A DNA stretch of 64,000 nt, from positions 1-64,000 of the IMG/VR virus record IMGVR_UViG_3300021431_002946; one strand, 5' to 3'. The notes under the pieces were generated by a model. The model had not been told where the DNA came from, did no database searches, and saw nothing but the letters and a program-made list of their open reading frames with translations. Positions 40,204 through 51,598 of the stretch are shown here, in pieces; the stretch's first letter is position 1; the number at the start of each line of letters is the position of its first letter. The DNA is from a virus. Lineage: Duplodnaviria > Heunggongvirae > Uroviricota > Caudoviricetes. The position numbers and the translations under genes are program-made.

Positions 40204-40308
40204 ATGAAAATAATTAAAGCGGCAACATTTTTAAACTATGATGCTGCAATCTGTGAAGGTTGTGACTGTATTGGCGGCGGCTGCTTAGAAAATTCAACTC
40301 CCTTTTGA
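40204..40308 (+). CDS. RiPP precursor peptide 1 (34 aa)
   Basis: MKIIKAATFLNYDAAICEGCDCIGGGCLENSTPF; GAGG RBS. Confidence 0.75.
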   Translation: MKIIKAATFLNYDAAICEGCDCIGGGCLENSTPF

Positions 40309-40338
40309 TAGAACTATACTAATAAGGAGGAAAACAAG

Positions 40339-40446
40339 ATGAAGACAATTAAAGAAGCTGAATTTGCTATTATTGATGCTGAATACTGTGATGGTTGCGA
40401 CCAGGTTTCAGATTGGACAGGAACTTGTCGTGGTACTGATCAGTAA
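40339..40446 (+). CDS. RiPP precursor peptide 2 (35 aa)
   Basis: MKTIKEAEFAIIDAEYCDGCDQVSDWTGTCRGTDQ; AAGGAGG RBS. Confidence 0.85.
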   Translation: MKTIKEAEFAIIDAEYCDGCDQVSDWTGTCRGTDQ

Positions 40447-40470
40447 CACATTAGAAAGGAGATTTTTCAT

Positions 40471-40578
40471 ATGAAAACTATAAAAGAAGCAGATTATAAG
40501 ATCTACGATGTAGAATTCTGTGAAGGTTGTGATCAGGTTTCTGAGTATACCGGAGCATGCTACGGAACAGATCAATAA
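40471..40578 (+). CDS. RiPP precursor peptide 3 (35 aa)
   Basis: MKTIKEADYKIYDVEFCEGCDQVSEYTGACYGTDQ; AAGGAG RBS. Confidence 0.85.
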   Translation: MKTIKEADYKIYDVEFCEGCDQVSEYTGACYGTDQ

Positions 40579-40597
40579 TTTATGAAAGGAGTTCAGT

Positions 40598-40711
40598 ATG
40601 AAAAAGATTAAAGAAGCAGATTTTAAGATTTTGGATGCTGAATATTGCAATGGCTGCGATAACGTTTCAAGTTATACAGGTGGATGCCACACTTCAGATC
40701 AGAATAACTAA
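40598..40711 (+). CDS. RiPP precursor peptide 4 (37 aa)
   Basis: MKKIKEADFKILDAEYCNGCDNVSSYTGGCHTSDQNN; AAGGAG RBS. Confidence 0.85.
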   Translation: MKKIKEADFKILDAEYCNGCDNVSSYTGGCHTSDQNN

Positions 40712-40721
40712 TCTGTAAAAA

Positions 40722-40761
40722 AGAAATGGTCTAGTTTTTATGCTAGACCATTTTCTATTTT
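40722..40761. terminator. Bidirectional intrinsic terminator
   Basis: AGAAATGGTCTAG-TTTTTATG-CTAGACCATTTTCT between convergent genes. Confidence 0.7.
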
Positions 40762-40780
40762 ATAATTATAAATATATAAC

Positions 40781-41260
40781 TTACTTTTTAAATTTATCAT
40801 ATTCAGAAGGTACTTTAACAACATGAATCCATTCATCTCTACCAAAACCTTCGCAATGAACAAGATAGTCATTTTCGATCATATTTTCTTTTGTAATTTC
40901 TACTGTTTTATATTCAGTTAACATTTTATCAATATCATATTCATTTCTATAAAATGTTGTAGATTTAGTTAAACAAAACATAATTGGAATTCCAAAAATA
41001 ATTATTGCGCCAAATAACGAAATAATTGCTTCTGCAAGATAATAAGAAAGTAAATTTTCAGTAAAATCAGGTACAGAAATCTCAGTTTGTTCTTTAATAG
41101 CTTGTTCAACATTTTCATGCTGTTTTTTATTATATTTTATTTTGAGTTCATTTTCTGCTTTATGTTTAAGAGAGTCAAGCAGTCCAAAAAGTAGCATAGT
41201 TACAATAATACCAACTATAAAAATTGCAATTGCATTTTCACGTAAAATATAAAGTATCAT
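40781..41260 (-). CDS. Two-TM membrane protein (paralog of 41265-41699)
   Basis: YDIDKMLTEY...GFGRDEWIHVVK. Confidence 0.65.
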   Translation of the reverse strand: MILYILRENAIAIFIVGIIVTMLLFGLLDSLKHKAENELKIKYNKKQHENVEQAIKEQTEISVPDFTENLLSYYLAEAIISLFGAIIIFGIPIMFCLTKSTTFYRNEYDIDKMLTEYKTVEITKENMIENDYLVHCEGFGRDEWIHVVKVPSEYDKFKK

Positions 41261-41264
41261 ATTT

Positions 41265-41699
41265 TTACTCCTTTATTAAATATTTATCTGCATCATCCGT
41301 CTTTATTAAATATTTATCTGTATCGTCTGTCTTTTTAATAAAATGAATCCATTCTTCATGACCAAATGCAGAATATTTTACTACATAATCTATATTAGAC
41401 TTATTAACTTCTGATGAATACTCAGTTCTTGTTATATTATAGTCTTTTATCATAGAGTCTATATCATATTTATATCTATTATATTTATGTGTTTTAACTA
41501 TAAAGAATGTACTTATAAGTGTAACAAAAAATACAAGACCAAGTGAAAGGAATACTATACTAAATATATCACATATATATTCCTTTCTTATACTTACTTT
41601 ATCCTCAATTTTAATAAATATAAATGAAATTAAAAGACTAATAACAGTAAGTATAATACCAAATGATATTATAGTATTACAGGTATCATAAATTGACAT
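41265..41699 (-). CDS. Two-TM membrane protein (paralog of 40781-41260)
   Basis: YDIDSMIKDY...AFGHEEWIHFIK; AGGAGG RBS; TTTACA-18-TATAAT promoter at 41753-41782. Confidence 0.65.
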   Translation of the reverse strand: MSIYDTCNTIISFGIILTVISLLISFIFIKIEDKVSIRKEYICDIFSIVFLSLGLVFFVTLISTFFIVKTHKYNRYKYDIDSMIKDYNITRTEYSSEVNKSNIDYVVKYSAFGHEEWIHFIKKTDDTDKYLIKTDDADKYLIKE

Positions 41700-41917
41700 A
41701 AATTTTATCCTCCTAAAAAGTAATCTATTTTATAGATTAAGTATATATTATCATTATATACTTTTAGCTATTTATTTGTAAATAATTTTTGTAATTTATA
41801 TTTATTTTAATATAATACGAAGTAATATTTAATTATATATCCATGGTGTCCCAGGATTAATTCTGGGATTTAGGAATGATATTAGATTAAAACTACAAAT
41901 AAAAGGAAAATAAATTT

Positions 41918-43552
41918 ATGAGGAAATCAAAGAATAAATTAAAAATGACTGTATTAGGTAATATACCGAAGAGTCAAATAATAATTGATTTTAGTTTATG
42001 CGTAATGTGGAGTATTTTTAATGTTACATATATTAGAATACTTTCAAAATTAATTGATAATTTTGCAAATACAAATCCAGTTTTAGGAGTTATTATTGGT
42101 TATTTTTCATTTTTAATTGTTTGGGAAATTATTGAGTATTTTGCAGATGTATATCAAGAAAAAGCTGCAGCAAGAATTGAAGCAATCGTAAAAAATAAGA
42201 TACTTGAAAATACATATAATCTTAAACCTGAAGTTATTAAAAAATATAATACAGGTTACATTAATGGTATTGTAAGTAAATATGTTAATTATAAGATTGA
42301 TACTTATTCACAAATGATCTTATTTGTACCTTTATCATTGATTTATGTATTATATTGCATTTATATGATGGGAACATTTAATATTGTTTTTGGAGCAATA
42401 TTAGCATTATTAATTATAATTGCAATTATTTTAAGATATTTATTAACTGCAAAGAAAGATCGAGCAATATTATCTGAATATGATGGAAATAGAGATAAAG
42501 TATTGATTGACAGTATTAGTAATATTAGTACTATTCAAAAAATGCAAAGTATTAAATTTATACAAAACTTATTAAATAATTATAATGATAGATGTATAAA
42601 ACAAACTAAAAAATGGTCATGTAAAAATGAATTATCGTTTGTATTATATAAATTAATAATATATTCATATATGCCTATTGTTTGTTTAGTATTTTATTTC
42701 TTTCCTGAATTAGTTGAAAATAAAACTGAATTCTTTAGTTTCTTAGCAGTTATTTGTGTTCAAGTAGTTCATATGGCTAAAACAATCGCAGCTGCTTTAA
42801 TTGATTATTCTAAATATAATGCATCTAGAAAGAAGTTAAAAGAAATTTATAATCCAATTAATTTAAGATTAGGTTTAATGCAAGTAGACGAATTTGAAAA
42901 AGCTGAAATTAAGGATATTATATATGAATATAATAACAAGAAAACAAATCAAAAAGTTACTATAAAAATTCCTTATTTTAAAGTAGAAAAAGGAGATAAG
43001 ATTTGTTTATATGGTGAGTCTGGTCAAGGTAAATCTACTTTACTTAATATATTATCAGGTGAACTTGAAACAAATAATATATATATAAATGATATTTTAG
43101 CTGATAAGAGATTAGAATGTGTATTTATATCTCAAGATACTGAAATATTAGATATGAGTTTGAGAGATAATCTTACTTTAGGTAATTCAAAAATAAAAGA
43201 TGAAGAAATCATTAAACTTTTAATTAGATGCGGTCTTGGTGAATGGTATATAAAACAACCTGATGGATTAGATACAATTCTTGGTGAAAGAGGAGTATTT
43301 GTAAGTACCGGTCAAAGACAAAGATTAAACATTATAAGAGGCTTGCTGATTAAAGATAAAGAAATTTATTTACTTGATGAACCTACAAGTAATGTTGATG
43401 AAACAACTGAAGAAAAGATTATTGATGTAATAAAAGAATATTTAAAAGATAAAACAATGATTGTTGTAACACATAGACCTAAAATTAAAAATATTTGTAA
43501 TAAAGCATATAAATTTACAAATAGTATTTTAGGTGAAGAAGAACAATTATAA
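41918..43552 (+). CDS. ABC exporter, fused permease and ATPase (likely RiPP export)
   Basis: N-terminal TM domain; GESGQGKST, VSTGQRQR, YLLDEPTS, VVTH. Confidence 0.85.
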   Translation: MRKSKNKLKMTVLGNIPKSQIIIDFSLCVMWSIFNVTYIRILSKLIDNFANTNPVLGVIIGYFSFLIVWEIIEYFADVYQEKAAARIEAIVKNKILENTYNLKPEVIKKYNTGYINGIVSKYVNYKIDTYSQMILFVPLSLIYVLYCIYMMGTFNIVFGAILALLIIIAIILRYLLTAKKDRAILSEYDGNRDKVLIDSISNISTIQKMQSIKFIQNLLNNYNDRCIKQTKKWSCKNELSFVLYKLIIYSYMPIVCLVFYFFPELVENKTEFFSFLAVICVQVVHMAKTIAAALIDYSKYNASRKKLKEIYNPINLRLGLMQVDEFEKAEIKDIIYEYNNKKTNQKVTIKIPYFKVEKGDKICLYGESGQGKSTLLNILSGELETNNIYINDILADKRLECVFISQDTEILDMSLRDNLTLGNSKIKDEEIIKLLIRCGLGEWYIKQPDGLDTILGERGVFVSTGQRQRLNIIRGLLIKDKEIYLLDEPTSNVDETTEEKIIDVIKEYLKDKTMIVVTHRPKIKNICNKAYKFTNSILGEEEQL

Positions 43553-43555
43553 TAG

Positions 43556-43616
43556 AATATTTAATTATAATGGAATGCGAAAAATGTCTTAGTGTAAAAG
43601 CTAAGGCATTTTTTTA
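43556..43616 (+). promoter_or_regulatory. Promoter, conserved leader and terminator-like hairpin module
   Basis: GAATATTTAATTATAAT-GGAATGCGAAAA-ATGTCTTAG...CTAAGGCATTTTTTT. Confidence 0.55.
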
Positions 43617-43641
43617 TTAAAATAAAAAGGAGTAAATCAAT

Positions 43642-44034
43642 ATGAGCACAAGATCAATGGTATGTATTAAACAATCAGATAAATCATTAAAAGCAATGTT
43701 TAAACATTGGGATGGTTATCCAGAGTTCATGATTCCATTTTTGGAAAAATATAATGATGATGATAAAGCAGAAGAGTTAGTAAAATTTGAAGCAGTTGAA
43801 AGTTTTATGACTCAAGAAATGAAAGATTCTGCGCAAGGAAGATTTTCAGACCAGTATGATGAAGATAAATTTGTTAAGTTATCTACTGGAGATTATTTAT
43901 ATGATGGAGATGGTTCTCCTATTGTATATAAAGATTTATCAGAATTATGGCATGACAATCCAATGGTCCAATTTGTTTATGTTTGGGATGGATATAGATG
44001 GATTGTATGCGATTATGACGCTTTAGATCTTTAA
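43642..44034 (+). CDS. Phage/plasmid-type hypothetical protein (STRS...HWDGYP motif)
   Basis: MSTRS...KHWDGYPE...YVWDG. Confidence 0.65.
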   Translation: MSTRSMVCIKQSDKSLKAMFKHWDGYPEFMIPFLEKYNDDDKAEELVKFEAVESFMTQEMKDSAQGRFSDQYDEDKFVKLSTGDYLYDGDGSPIVYKDLSELWHDNPMVQFVYVWDGYRWIVCDYDALDL

Positions 44035-44040
44035 ATAAAA

Positions 44041-44066
44041 AATAGCACTATACAAATAGTGCTATT
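44041..44066. terminator. Bidirectional terminator
   Basis: AATAGCACTA-TACAAA-TAGTGCTATT flanked by A and T runs, between convergent genes. Confidence 0.7.
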
Positions 44067-44071
44067 ATTTT

Positions 44072-44245
44072 TTACTTTTGCTTATTTGATATAATATCAT
44101 CAAACTCGTATAAACTTTTATAAATATCGTCACCACGACTTGTTTGACCAATTACAACAAGTAACTCTCCATCAAAAGCACTTTGCACAATTGTATGCTC
44201 TTTACAAAAAGCAATTAATTTATCAATATCAATATATTTATCCAT
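44072..44245 (-). CDS. Unannotated 57-aa hypothetical protein
   Basis: MDKYIDIDKLIAFCKEHTIVQSAFDGELLVVIGQTSRG...; AAGGAG RBS on the minus strand. Confidence 0.55.
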   Translation of the reverse strand: MDKYIDIDKLIAFCKEHTIVQSAFDGELLVVIGQTSRGDDIYKSLYEFDDIISNKQK

Positions 44246-44250
44246 ATTTT

Positions 44251-44553
44251 TTACTCCTTATTTATATCTGTTACTGGAGGAATTGAATCTATAAATTCGT
44301 CAAAAAATTTACAAGGTATTTCTGCCTGTTCACTAAAATCAAGACCTCGTTTTTCATCAACTAAGTTCTTTACTAAAGACTCTTTATGCATTTTCTTTAC
44401 AGTTTCAGCATCAAGTAGCTTACCATGATCTTCTGGAAGTACTATTCCATTTTCAATAGCTTTAAGTATAGTGTTCTGTACTCTTTCAGTTTGAATTAGA
44501 CAAGTACTCATATCTTTTATAATATCTTCGTCAATCTTAATTATCATTTCCAT
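44251..44553 (-). CDS. Phage-type hypothetical protein
   Basis: AIENGIVLPEDHGKLLDA motif; TTTACA-17-TATAAT promoter at 44585-44613. Confidence 0.65.
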   Translation of the reverse strand: MEMIIKIDEDIIKDMSTCLIQTERVQNTILKAIENGIVLPEDHGKLLDAETVKKMHKESLVKNLVDEKRGLDFSEQAEIPCKFFDEFIDSIPPVTDINKE

Positions 44554-44622
44554 AGTATTTACCTCAACTTTGTTTAGTAAAATTATTATATAATAAACAT
44601 TTTTGCTTGTAAATAATTTTTT

Positions 44623-44699
44623 AAAGGCTATTTAATTTATAATAGTAAGTATGTGAACAATGCCTTGGCGTTATGCCAGGGTATTTTTATTACAAGGAG
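44623..44699 (+). promoter_or_regulatory. Promoter, conserved leader and terminator-like hairpin module
   Basis: AAAGGCTATTTAATTTATAATAGTAAGTATGTGAACAATGCCTTGGC-GTTAT-GCCAGGGTATTTTT...AAGGAG. Confidence 0.65.
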
Positions 44700-44705
44700 A
44701 ATAAT

Positions 44706-45062
44706 ATGACTATTAATGAAATTTATGATAAGTTAAAAGAAATTAATATTTTTAGTAATAATGAAAGAGAAGTAGATGAGAGTAAATTTTCTAGTGATCT
44801 TGCATATAAAGATATAATTTTTAAAGTATATAAAAATTCGTTATTTATTTCTTGGCAAACAAAATATTGGGATGAAGATACAGATGAACAAGAAAAAGCT
44901 TTATTTGAAATATATGACACAGTTGTTTATTGGATTAAAAAGTTAAATATAACTGATAGAGTTGGTTTATATATTGAAATTTGTCCTGCATCATGCTCTG
45001 AATGGGATGAAAAGACAGATGATACATTTATTTGTAATAATTGGATTTTAAATGAAGATTAA
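44706..45062 (+). CDS. Acidic hypothetical protein (paralog of 61475-61843)
   Basis: Likely start at 44706; FSSDL...ISWQTKYWDE...YIEICP..CSEWD. Confidence 0.65.
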   Translation: MTINEIYDKLKEINIFSNNEREVDESKFSSDLAYKDIIFKVYKNSLFISWQTKYWDEDTDEQEKALFEIYDTVVYWIKKLNITDRVGLYIEICPASCSEWDEKTDDTFICNNWILNED

Positions 45063-45085
45063 CTTCATAAATAAGGAGAATATTT

Positions 45086-47381
45086 ATGGGAATTGATGAT
45101 ATAAAAAAAGATACACTTGAAACATTAACATCAGGTAATCCAGAATTATTAATAAATGCCTCTAAAGGTTCATTAGTTTATTATGCAATTTTTCATGATG
45201 AAGACGATCTTAAAGAAAAAAGGTCTTTAAAACAAATAAAAGAAGAATGGCCAAATTATAGTGAATATATTGATTGTGCAAAAGAAATAATTAATGATCC
45301 AAATAGTGAATATAATAAATATATAAATAATTATAAAAAGTTTTTAGAGCAATATAAAAAATTACCTGAATTATTTAAAAAATTTTTTACAGCTTCTGAA
45401 ATTTTTATGGACCGAAATAATAAAAATTGTTATAATTCAAAATATAATGATGATTTTGATGATAATATAGCTTATACATTAATGAATTATATTTATAATG
45501 ATACTAATTTTAACTCAGTAATTTATACATTAGGTTTTGATGGTCCTGATGATGAAGCAATTATACGTATACATTCAGATATATATTGTGATGAATTAAT
45601 TATAAGTGGTAAAATCAGATTTTGTGTATATGGTGGAACTGAAACTGAATTTAGAAAATTAATGAAAGAATTAGATAAATATGAAGAATCAAATTCAGAA
45701 TTTGGTACTTTTAAATTAAGTGATACATATAAAGCATCTAATGATTTTGGAATTAGTATGGATGCAGTATATAATACTGATTCTGAAAGATGGATATGTA
45801 CAGATTTTGAATTTAAATATAAAATTTAAGGAGAAATAGACTTATGGGAAAAGAAATTATTTTTAGTGAAGGCGATTTTACTTTAGAAAGACAATGGGGA
45901 ATAGGTATGCGAAATGTACCTTGGGATGGTCTTGAAGTTAGATCTACTGGCGCTGCAGATAAACATGTTATTTCTGTTAAACTTAATACTACTAATTCTA
46001 TGATTTTAGAAGAAGATGAAAAAGGTAATCCTTTTCCATTTAGATATATTTATGACGCAACTGGAACATACGTAAATCATGGTATGAGAATGTGTTCAGA
46101 TACATTAAAAGAAACCAAAGAATATATTGAGGCATTAAAAGCTGCATTAAACTTTGCAAAAAGAGTAAATGCTTGGTTAGCACAACATCCTGAATGGACT
46201 GATAATAGTGTAGCGAAGAAAGTAAGACGTGAAACATATAAGAAAGATCAGGAGGCATAAATATGTTATTTAAAGAACTTAAACCTGTATTACCAAAAGA
46301 TTTTGCAATTGTATTAGACAATGGTTTATATAATAAGTTAATTGATGTAATGACATATGGTGTAGATTGGGATAATCCTGCTTATACGCATGGTTTTGAT
46401 AGTTGGTTAGATTGGAATGATTTAAATAATTTTGATAAGTATATAACAGATCATTCTATTGGTATATTTTGGGATGATGAAGATTGGGATCAAATAGAAA
46501 ATTTAACAAATCAAAATTTTATAAAAAATATTCATTTTGATAATTGTAAAGTTGAAGCTCTTACAGTTAATTCAGAAGATTGTATTTTAGTATATTTAGT
46601 TGAAGGAGAATAATAAATATGATGCCAACATTAGTTTCATTTTTAACAAGATTTGATTCAAGTGTAAAATTACACATTTTTAATAGTTATACTAGTGAAA
46701 CTATTTTTCATGGAACTATTGGAGAATGTCTTAAAGATGAAGATTTTATTATGAAATATGAAAATAAAGTAATCTCTATTTCAACGGTAGATATTAAAAA
46801 TGATACAGTTAATATTGAATTAGAGGTATAATTAAAAAAGTGAGGTTAATAATATGTCAAAATATGATATAACTCATGTATGTGATACTCCGGCTTGTGA
46901 TGCTTCTGTATATAAAGATAGAGGTTTTGGTCCAATTGAAACAGATAAAGAATTATTAGATTGGGCAGAAAAAGTTTCAAATAGATGGTTTAATGCAGGT
47001 TGGCATCATACTTTTATTAGTTTTTATTTAGGCAGCTATGAATTTGAAAGAAAATTCACCTATAAAGAATTAGTTAGACTTCATGAATTACAAGATATTC
47101 AAAGAGAAGAATATAATGCTAAATATGAGTGGATTAGATTTAAAGGTAAACCACTTACTGAAGAACAAATAATTACATTTTTAGATAGACAAATTGAAGA
47201 TGTTGAAAGACATTATGGAAAAGATGATTATAGATATAAATCTATAGTTGACAACAAACAAATTAAATTAGATAAATGGAGAAAAGGTGAAGTTATTGAA
47301 GTAGATAGTGATTGTAGTGCATATGATGATAGATGGTTATATAGTGATGGTACTATAAGAGAACAGCATTGGGGAGATTAA
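45086..47381 (+). CDS. Five hypothetical proteins (45086-45829, 45844-46260, 46263-46613, 46619-46831, 46854-47381)
   Basis: Tightly packed ORFs, each with a GGAG/GAGG RBS. Confidence 0.6.
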
Positions 47382-47532
47382 AATATAATTCAAATTAGAT
47401 CTAATTTATTCTAAACAAATAGTTCTAGTACACATGCTTTGTATATGATTCTTTAGATATACCTAATGCAATTCAGTTGGTAGAGATAATATGCAAAGAA
47501 TGATTGATAGATACTGGTGAGGTAAAATAAAA

Positions 47533-49610
47533 ATGGATGATAAATATAGTATGATAGAAGAAGTATTTGGATTTTACTTTAAAGATATAAAAATTGAACA
47601 ACAAAATGAAAATTTTTATACTGTAACTATTCAAGATAAGAAAGATTTTGAATTATTATATTTAGACGAGTTAAAAAAATGGAAAGTAACATTAGTTATT
47701 AAAGAATTTAATAATCATGAATATCGTATAAGTTGTACAAAAAGTTCTATTGGACTTGCTTTAGCTGAAGTAATGCAAGAATTACATAATCATCTTGCAC
47801 ATTGTTTATATTTACATGAACAATATTTTAGCAAAGATTAAGGTGGTATAATAGTTTTAAAATATAAAGAAATTTCTGAAGAAAAATGGTGATTATTATG
47901 CAACTAAATGATGTAATAAAATATATGACAGATTTAGGTTATAAAGTAGAAGTAAATAAAGAAAAGAAAACATATGAAGGTAAAAAAATAAATCAAACAA
48001 TTTTACTTATAGAAAAAGAAATAATTGATACAAAATCTAGAGTTTGGTATCATTTTGAATATAGATCTGGAGATATTTATTCTGAAGACTGGACTTGGTA
48101 TTTGAATGCAAAAGCTTGGAATTCTAAAGGAGAATTTAAAATTTTTGAAGATGAATATGAATTTCTTAATCAAATGAATTTTGAAAAATTTATAAATATG
48201 GTTGAAAAATATATTAAGGAATAATAAGTTGAGGTAATATTATGATAGAAAAAGGACTAGTTCAATATAAAATTGAACAAAGTATAAGAAATTCACCTTC
48301 TATTGTACTAGACAAAGATATAGAAATTGAAGATTTTAATAAAGGACATGATCTTACAGTAACTTTATATTTATATGATCGTCCAGCAATGAATAACCAA
48401 TTATATTTTAGTCATATAAAAGTAACATTTTATATAAAAGAAAACGGTGAAGCATTTCATATGACAATTGTTCCAAAAGATTATCAAAATTTTGCAGATA
48501 GAATTTTTAATAAATATTTAACTCAAGAAGATTTTGATAAGTTAGCTTTAGCTGGAGAATACTTTGAGAAATTAAATATTCCTCAAGATTATTCTGATTG
48601 TAATCCTGAATCTAAAATTAAAGAAGTATTTGATTTATATTTTGATAATTATGAGCTTAAATATGAAAATAAGGTATATAATATATATATTTCAAATAAA
48701 TATAGATTTGTTGTAGAAAAAGAAGAAGAAACTTGGCATGTAACTCTTTTCTTTGAATTTTCAGATGATAAAGATGATGTAGAAAAAGAATTTTATGCAG
48801 GTTCAGAATTTTTGCAAGATTCTGTACAAGAAACAATGAAATTATTTTTAGATTATTTTGAAGATGTATTTGTTCTTTATAAAAATTATAAAGGTAAATA
48901 AACATCTTTAATGAAAGGAAAATAAAATGTCAATACAATATGTTGGATGTAATAGTTTAATAATAGATACAAATGAATTAGAAAGATTGCTTAATAATAG
49001 TACTATTAAAAATTTTAAGTACGATATATATGTAATGGATGATGTTGCAACAATAACTATAGATGGTAAAGATACTCGATCAAAAAATAAGCATTGGAGT
49101 CTTGGTTATGTAAGTTTTCGTTTTAATATAAATATAAAAGGAAAAATTGAGTCTATATATATTTACTCATTTGATACAGATGATCTTTTTTCAGAAGATC
49201 GAGATCGTGATTATTATGAAATGCAAGATACACTTAATGAAAATATAAAAGATCATCCAGAAGAGTATTTAGAAGATACTTTTAATTTAATAGATCTTAC
49301 AAATATTATAGAAAAAGATAATAAAGCAAAAATAATAGAAGAAGCACTAAATAAAGTTTTTAAAAATAGGCATTCAGTACAAAAATTTGGTACAAATGAT
49401 TGGAAAATTACAAATTATGGTATTATATCATTTAATGAAAATTATAATAAATGGCTTGCAAGTTTTATTTTTGGTGATTCGTATATTCAAGCAGATAATA
49501 CTGATTTAGCAGAAGCAATTATTGAAACATTAAATAAATGTAAAAAATATTTTAATGCAATGCCTGCACTTTATGATTATTTTGGAGAAGATATATTAAA
49601 AGGAGAATAA
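47533..49610 (+). CDS. Four hypothetical proteins (47533-47841, 47886-48224, 48242-48901, 48927-49610); three share a paralogous ~90-aa domain
   Basis: IEEVFGFYF / IKEVFDLYF / IEEALNKVF ... W.V ... LA.A..E pattern. Confidence 0.6.
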
Positions 49611-49611
49611 T

Positions 49612-51595
49612 ATGGAAATAAAATATAAAAATACTATTTATGATTTAGATATTGATGCCTTAACTGATTTTGTTGATGGTAATGGTTATCATCATTATAT
49701 GTATGATTTTGGTGCGCCAGAATTTAAAGTTTTAAGTGCAGTAGTAAAAGAAAATATAACTGAAATAACAGTTCTTAGAACACAAGAATTAAAAGACTTT
49801 GAAGTTTATATTGATGATAAATGTGGAATTTATAATTTAAAAGCAATTACTAAAGAACTTCTAAAATTAGATAATAAATACATTGATGAAGCAATTAGTA
49901 AAGGTGGTTCAGTAGAAACAAAAGAATTAACGTTTAAAATTCTGTCTGAGGAATATTCTAATATAGAATATGTTAGTGGTGATAAATTTAAAAACAAAGA
50001 CATCGAATCATATATGTCTATAGAAGAAGATTATGAAGAAGTAGTATTATTAGTTCACGAAGAAGTAGTATTATTAGTTCATAAGATATAATATTGAGGT
50101 GATTAATATGTACTTTGCAGTTGGTAAATATACTAATTATGGTCCTGGTGTAGAACTAGAGACTATGAAATATTTTAAAGATGAAAGACAAGCAATTGAG
50201 TATTACAATAAATTATGCGCAAATGCTCCAGATAAGTACATGCTTTATACTATTAAAGATAATTTTATTACTAAGATGGGTCGTTATACTTATATTATTG
50301 AAGATGTTAGTATAGGACCAATTATACCAAAATTTGAAGGAGATTAAAATGTCAGATTTAAACTGGAATAATGGAAAAATATTTTTAGATAATAATTATT
50401 CAAATGAAATTATATTTACAGAAATAAAAGTAGATAAAGTTAATATAGATCCAACCATTGTTAATCTTTATTTTTCAGGTGAATGTTATATAGATAGTAG
50501 ATTATTTAGTAAAATATCTTTAAAATTTGATGCATTAATGCAAATTCAAATTAAAGATCTTGAAAATCAATTAAAAGATAGTAATAAAATTCAATTTGAT
50601 ACTATTGAATTTGATCTTAAAAATAATAAATTTAATTGCAAATCTGAAACTTGGGATGAAATAATTCGTTTTTATTCTGAAGGTGAAGATAAATATAGAG
50701 AATTTTATGAATTAGATTCAGATGAAATTCAAGAACTTTTAGATAAATTTTCAAATATATTAATACCAAATCATTATGGCTTTGAATTTTATAATAATTA
50801 AAGGAGAACAAAATTATGCATTTTGATTTAAATGAAAGAGCATATGTGTATGAAGAATGGTTTAAAGATAAGTATGGAAAAATTATTTCTGATAATATAG
50901 AAGAAATAGTAAAAAATGTAAAACCGAGTAAATATTATAAATATATAGATAAAGTTAGTTCTATATCATTATCTGGAAATGATTTAATCATAAAATATAA
51001 TAATTTTTTAACATGTAAAGTTAAAGATATAAAATATAAAGTGATTGAATATGTTAATGACCGTATAGAAATTGATTTTAATGATGGATTTTTTTTAGAA
51101 GATATATTTATTAATCATCCAGAGTTATATATAGACTCATATCCTACAGCAGATGAATCATTAATTGAACTTTTAAAAAATACAGAGGATAATTCAAATT
51201 TACCAGAATTAAAACCACTTTTATATAAACAAGCACTTTGGCATGGAGATGAAGGTGTGTCTGTTTTTATTGAAGGTAAATTTTATAAACAATATAATGT
51301 ATCATATACATTAACAGATATAGAAACAATTAAAACAATTGAACAATTGTCAAATTTATGGGATTTTGCAAAATATTTAATTGATTGGAATGACGAAGTT
51401 GTTATAGAAGATACACATATAAAAAATAAAAAAGATTTTATTATTTATTTAGTAAAAAGTGAAATAATTGATATTGACATTAATGCAGAATGTATATTAC
51501 ATCAGTTATTAAAAGAGGAAGTAATAGATTATGATGATATAGATGGTGCAACTGCAGAAATACTTACAGAAATGCTAGATGATAAAGGAGTATAA
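49612..51595 (+). CDS. Four acidic hypothetical proteins (49612-50091, 50099-50347, 50334-50801, 50816-51595)
   Basis: Packed ORFs with RBS. Confidence 0.6.
50035..50082 (+). repeat. 24-bp tandem duplication (EEVVLLVH twice)
   Basis: GAAGAAGTAGTATTATTAGTTCAC / GAAGAAGTAGTATTATTAGTTCAT. Confidence 0.8.
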
Positions 51596-51598
51596 AAA

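Noticed and set aside
40408-40650. 80-aa minus-strand ORF
   Set aside because: Shadow of the precursor genes, which have RBSs and mutual homology on the + strand.
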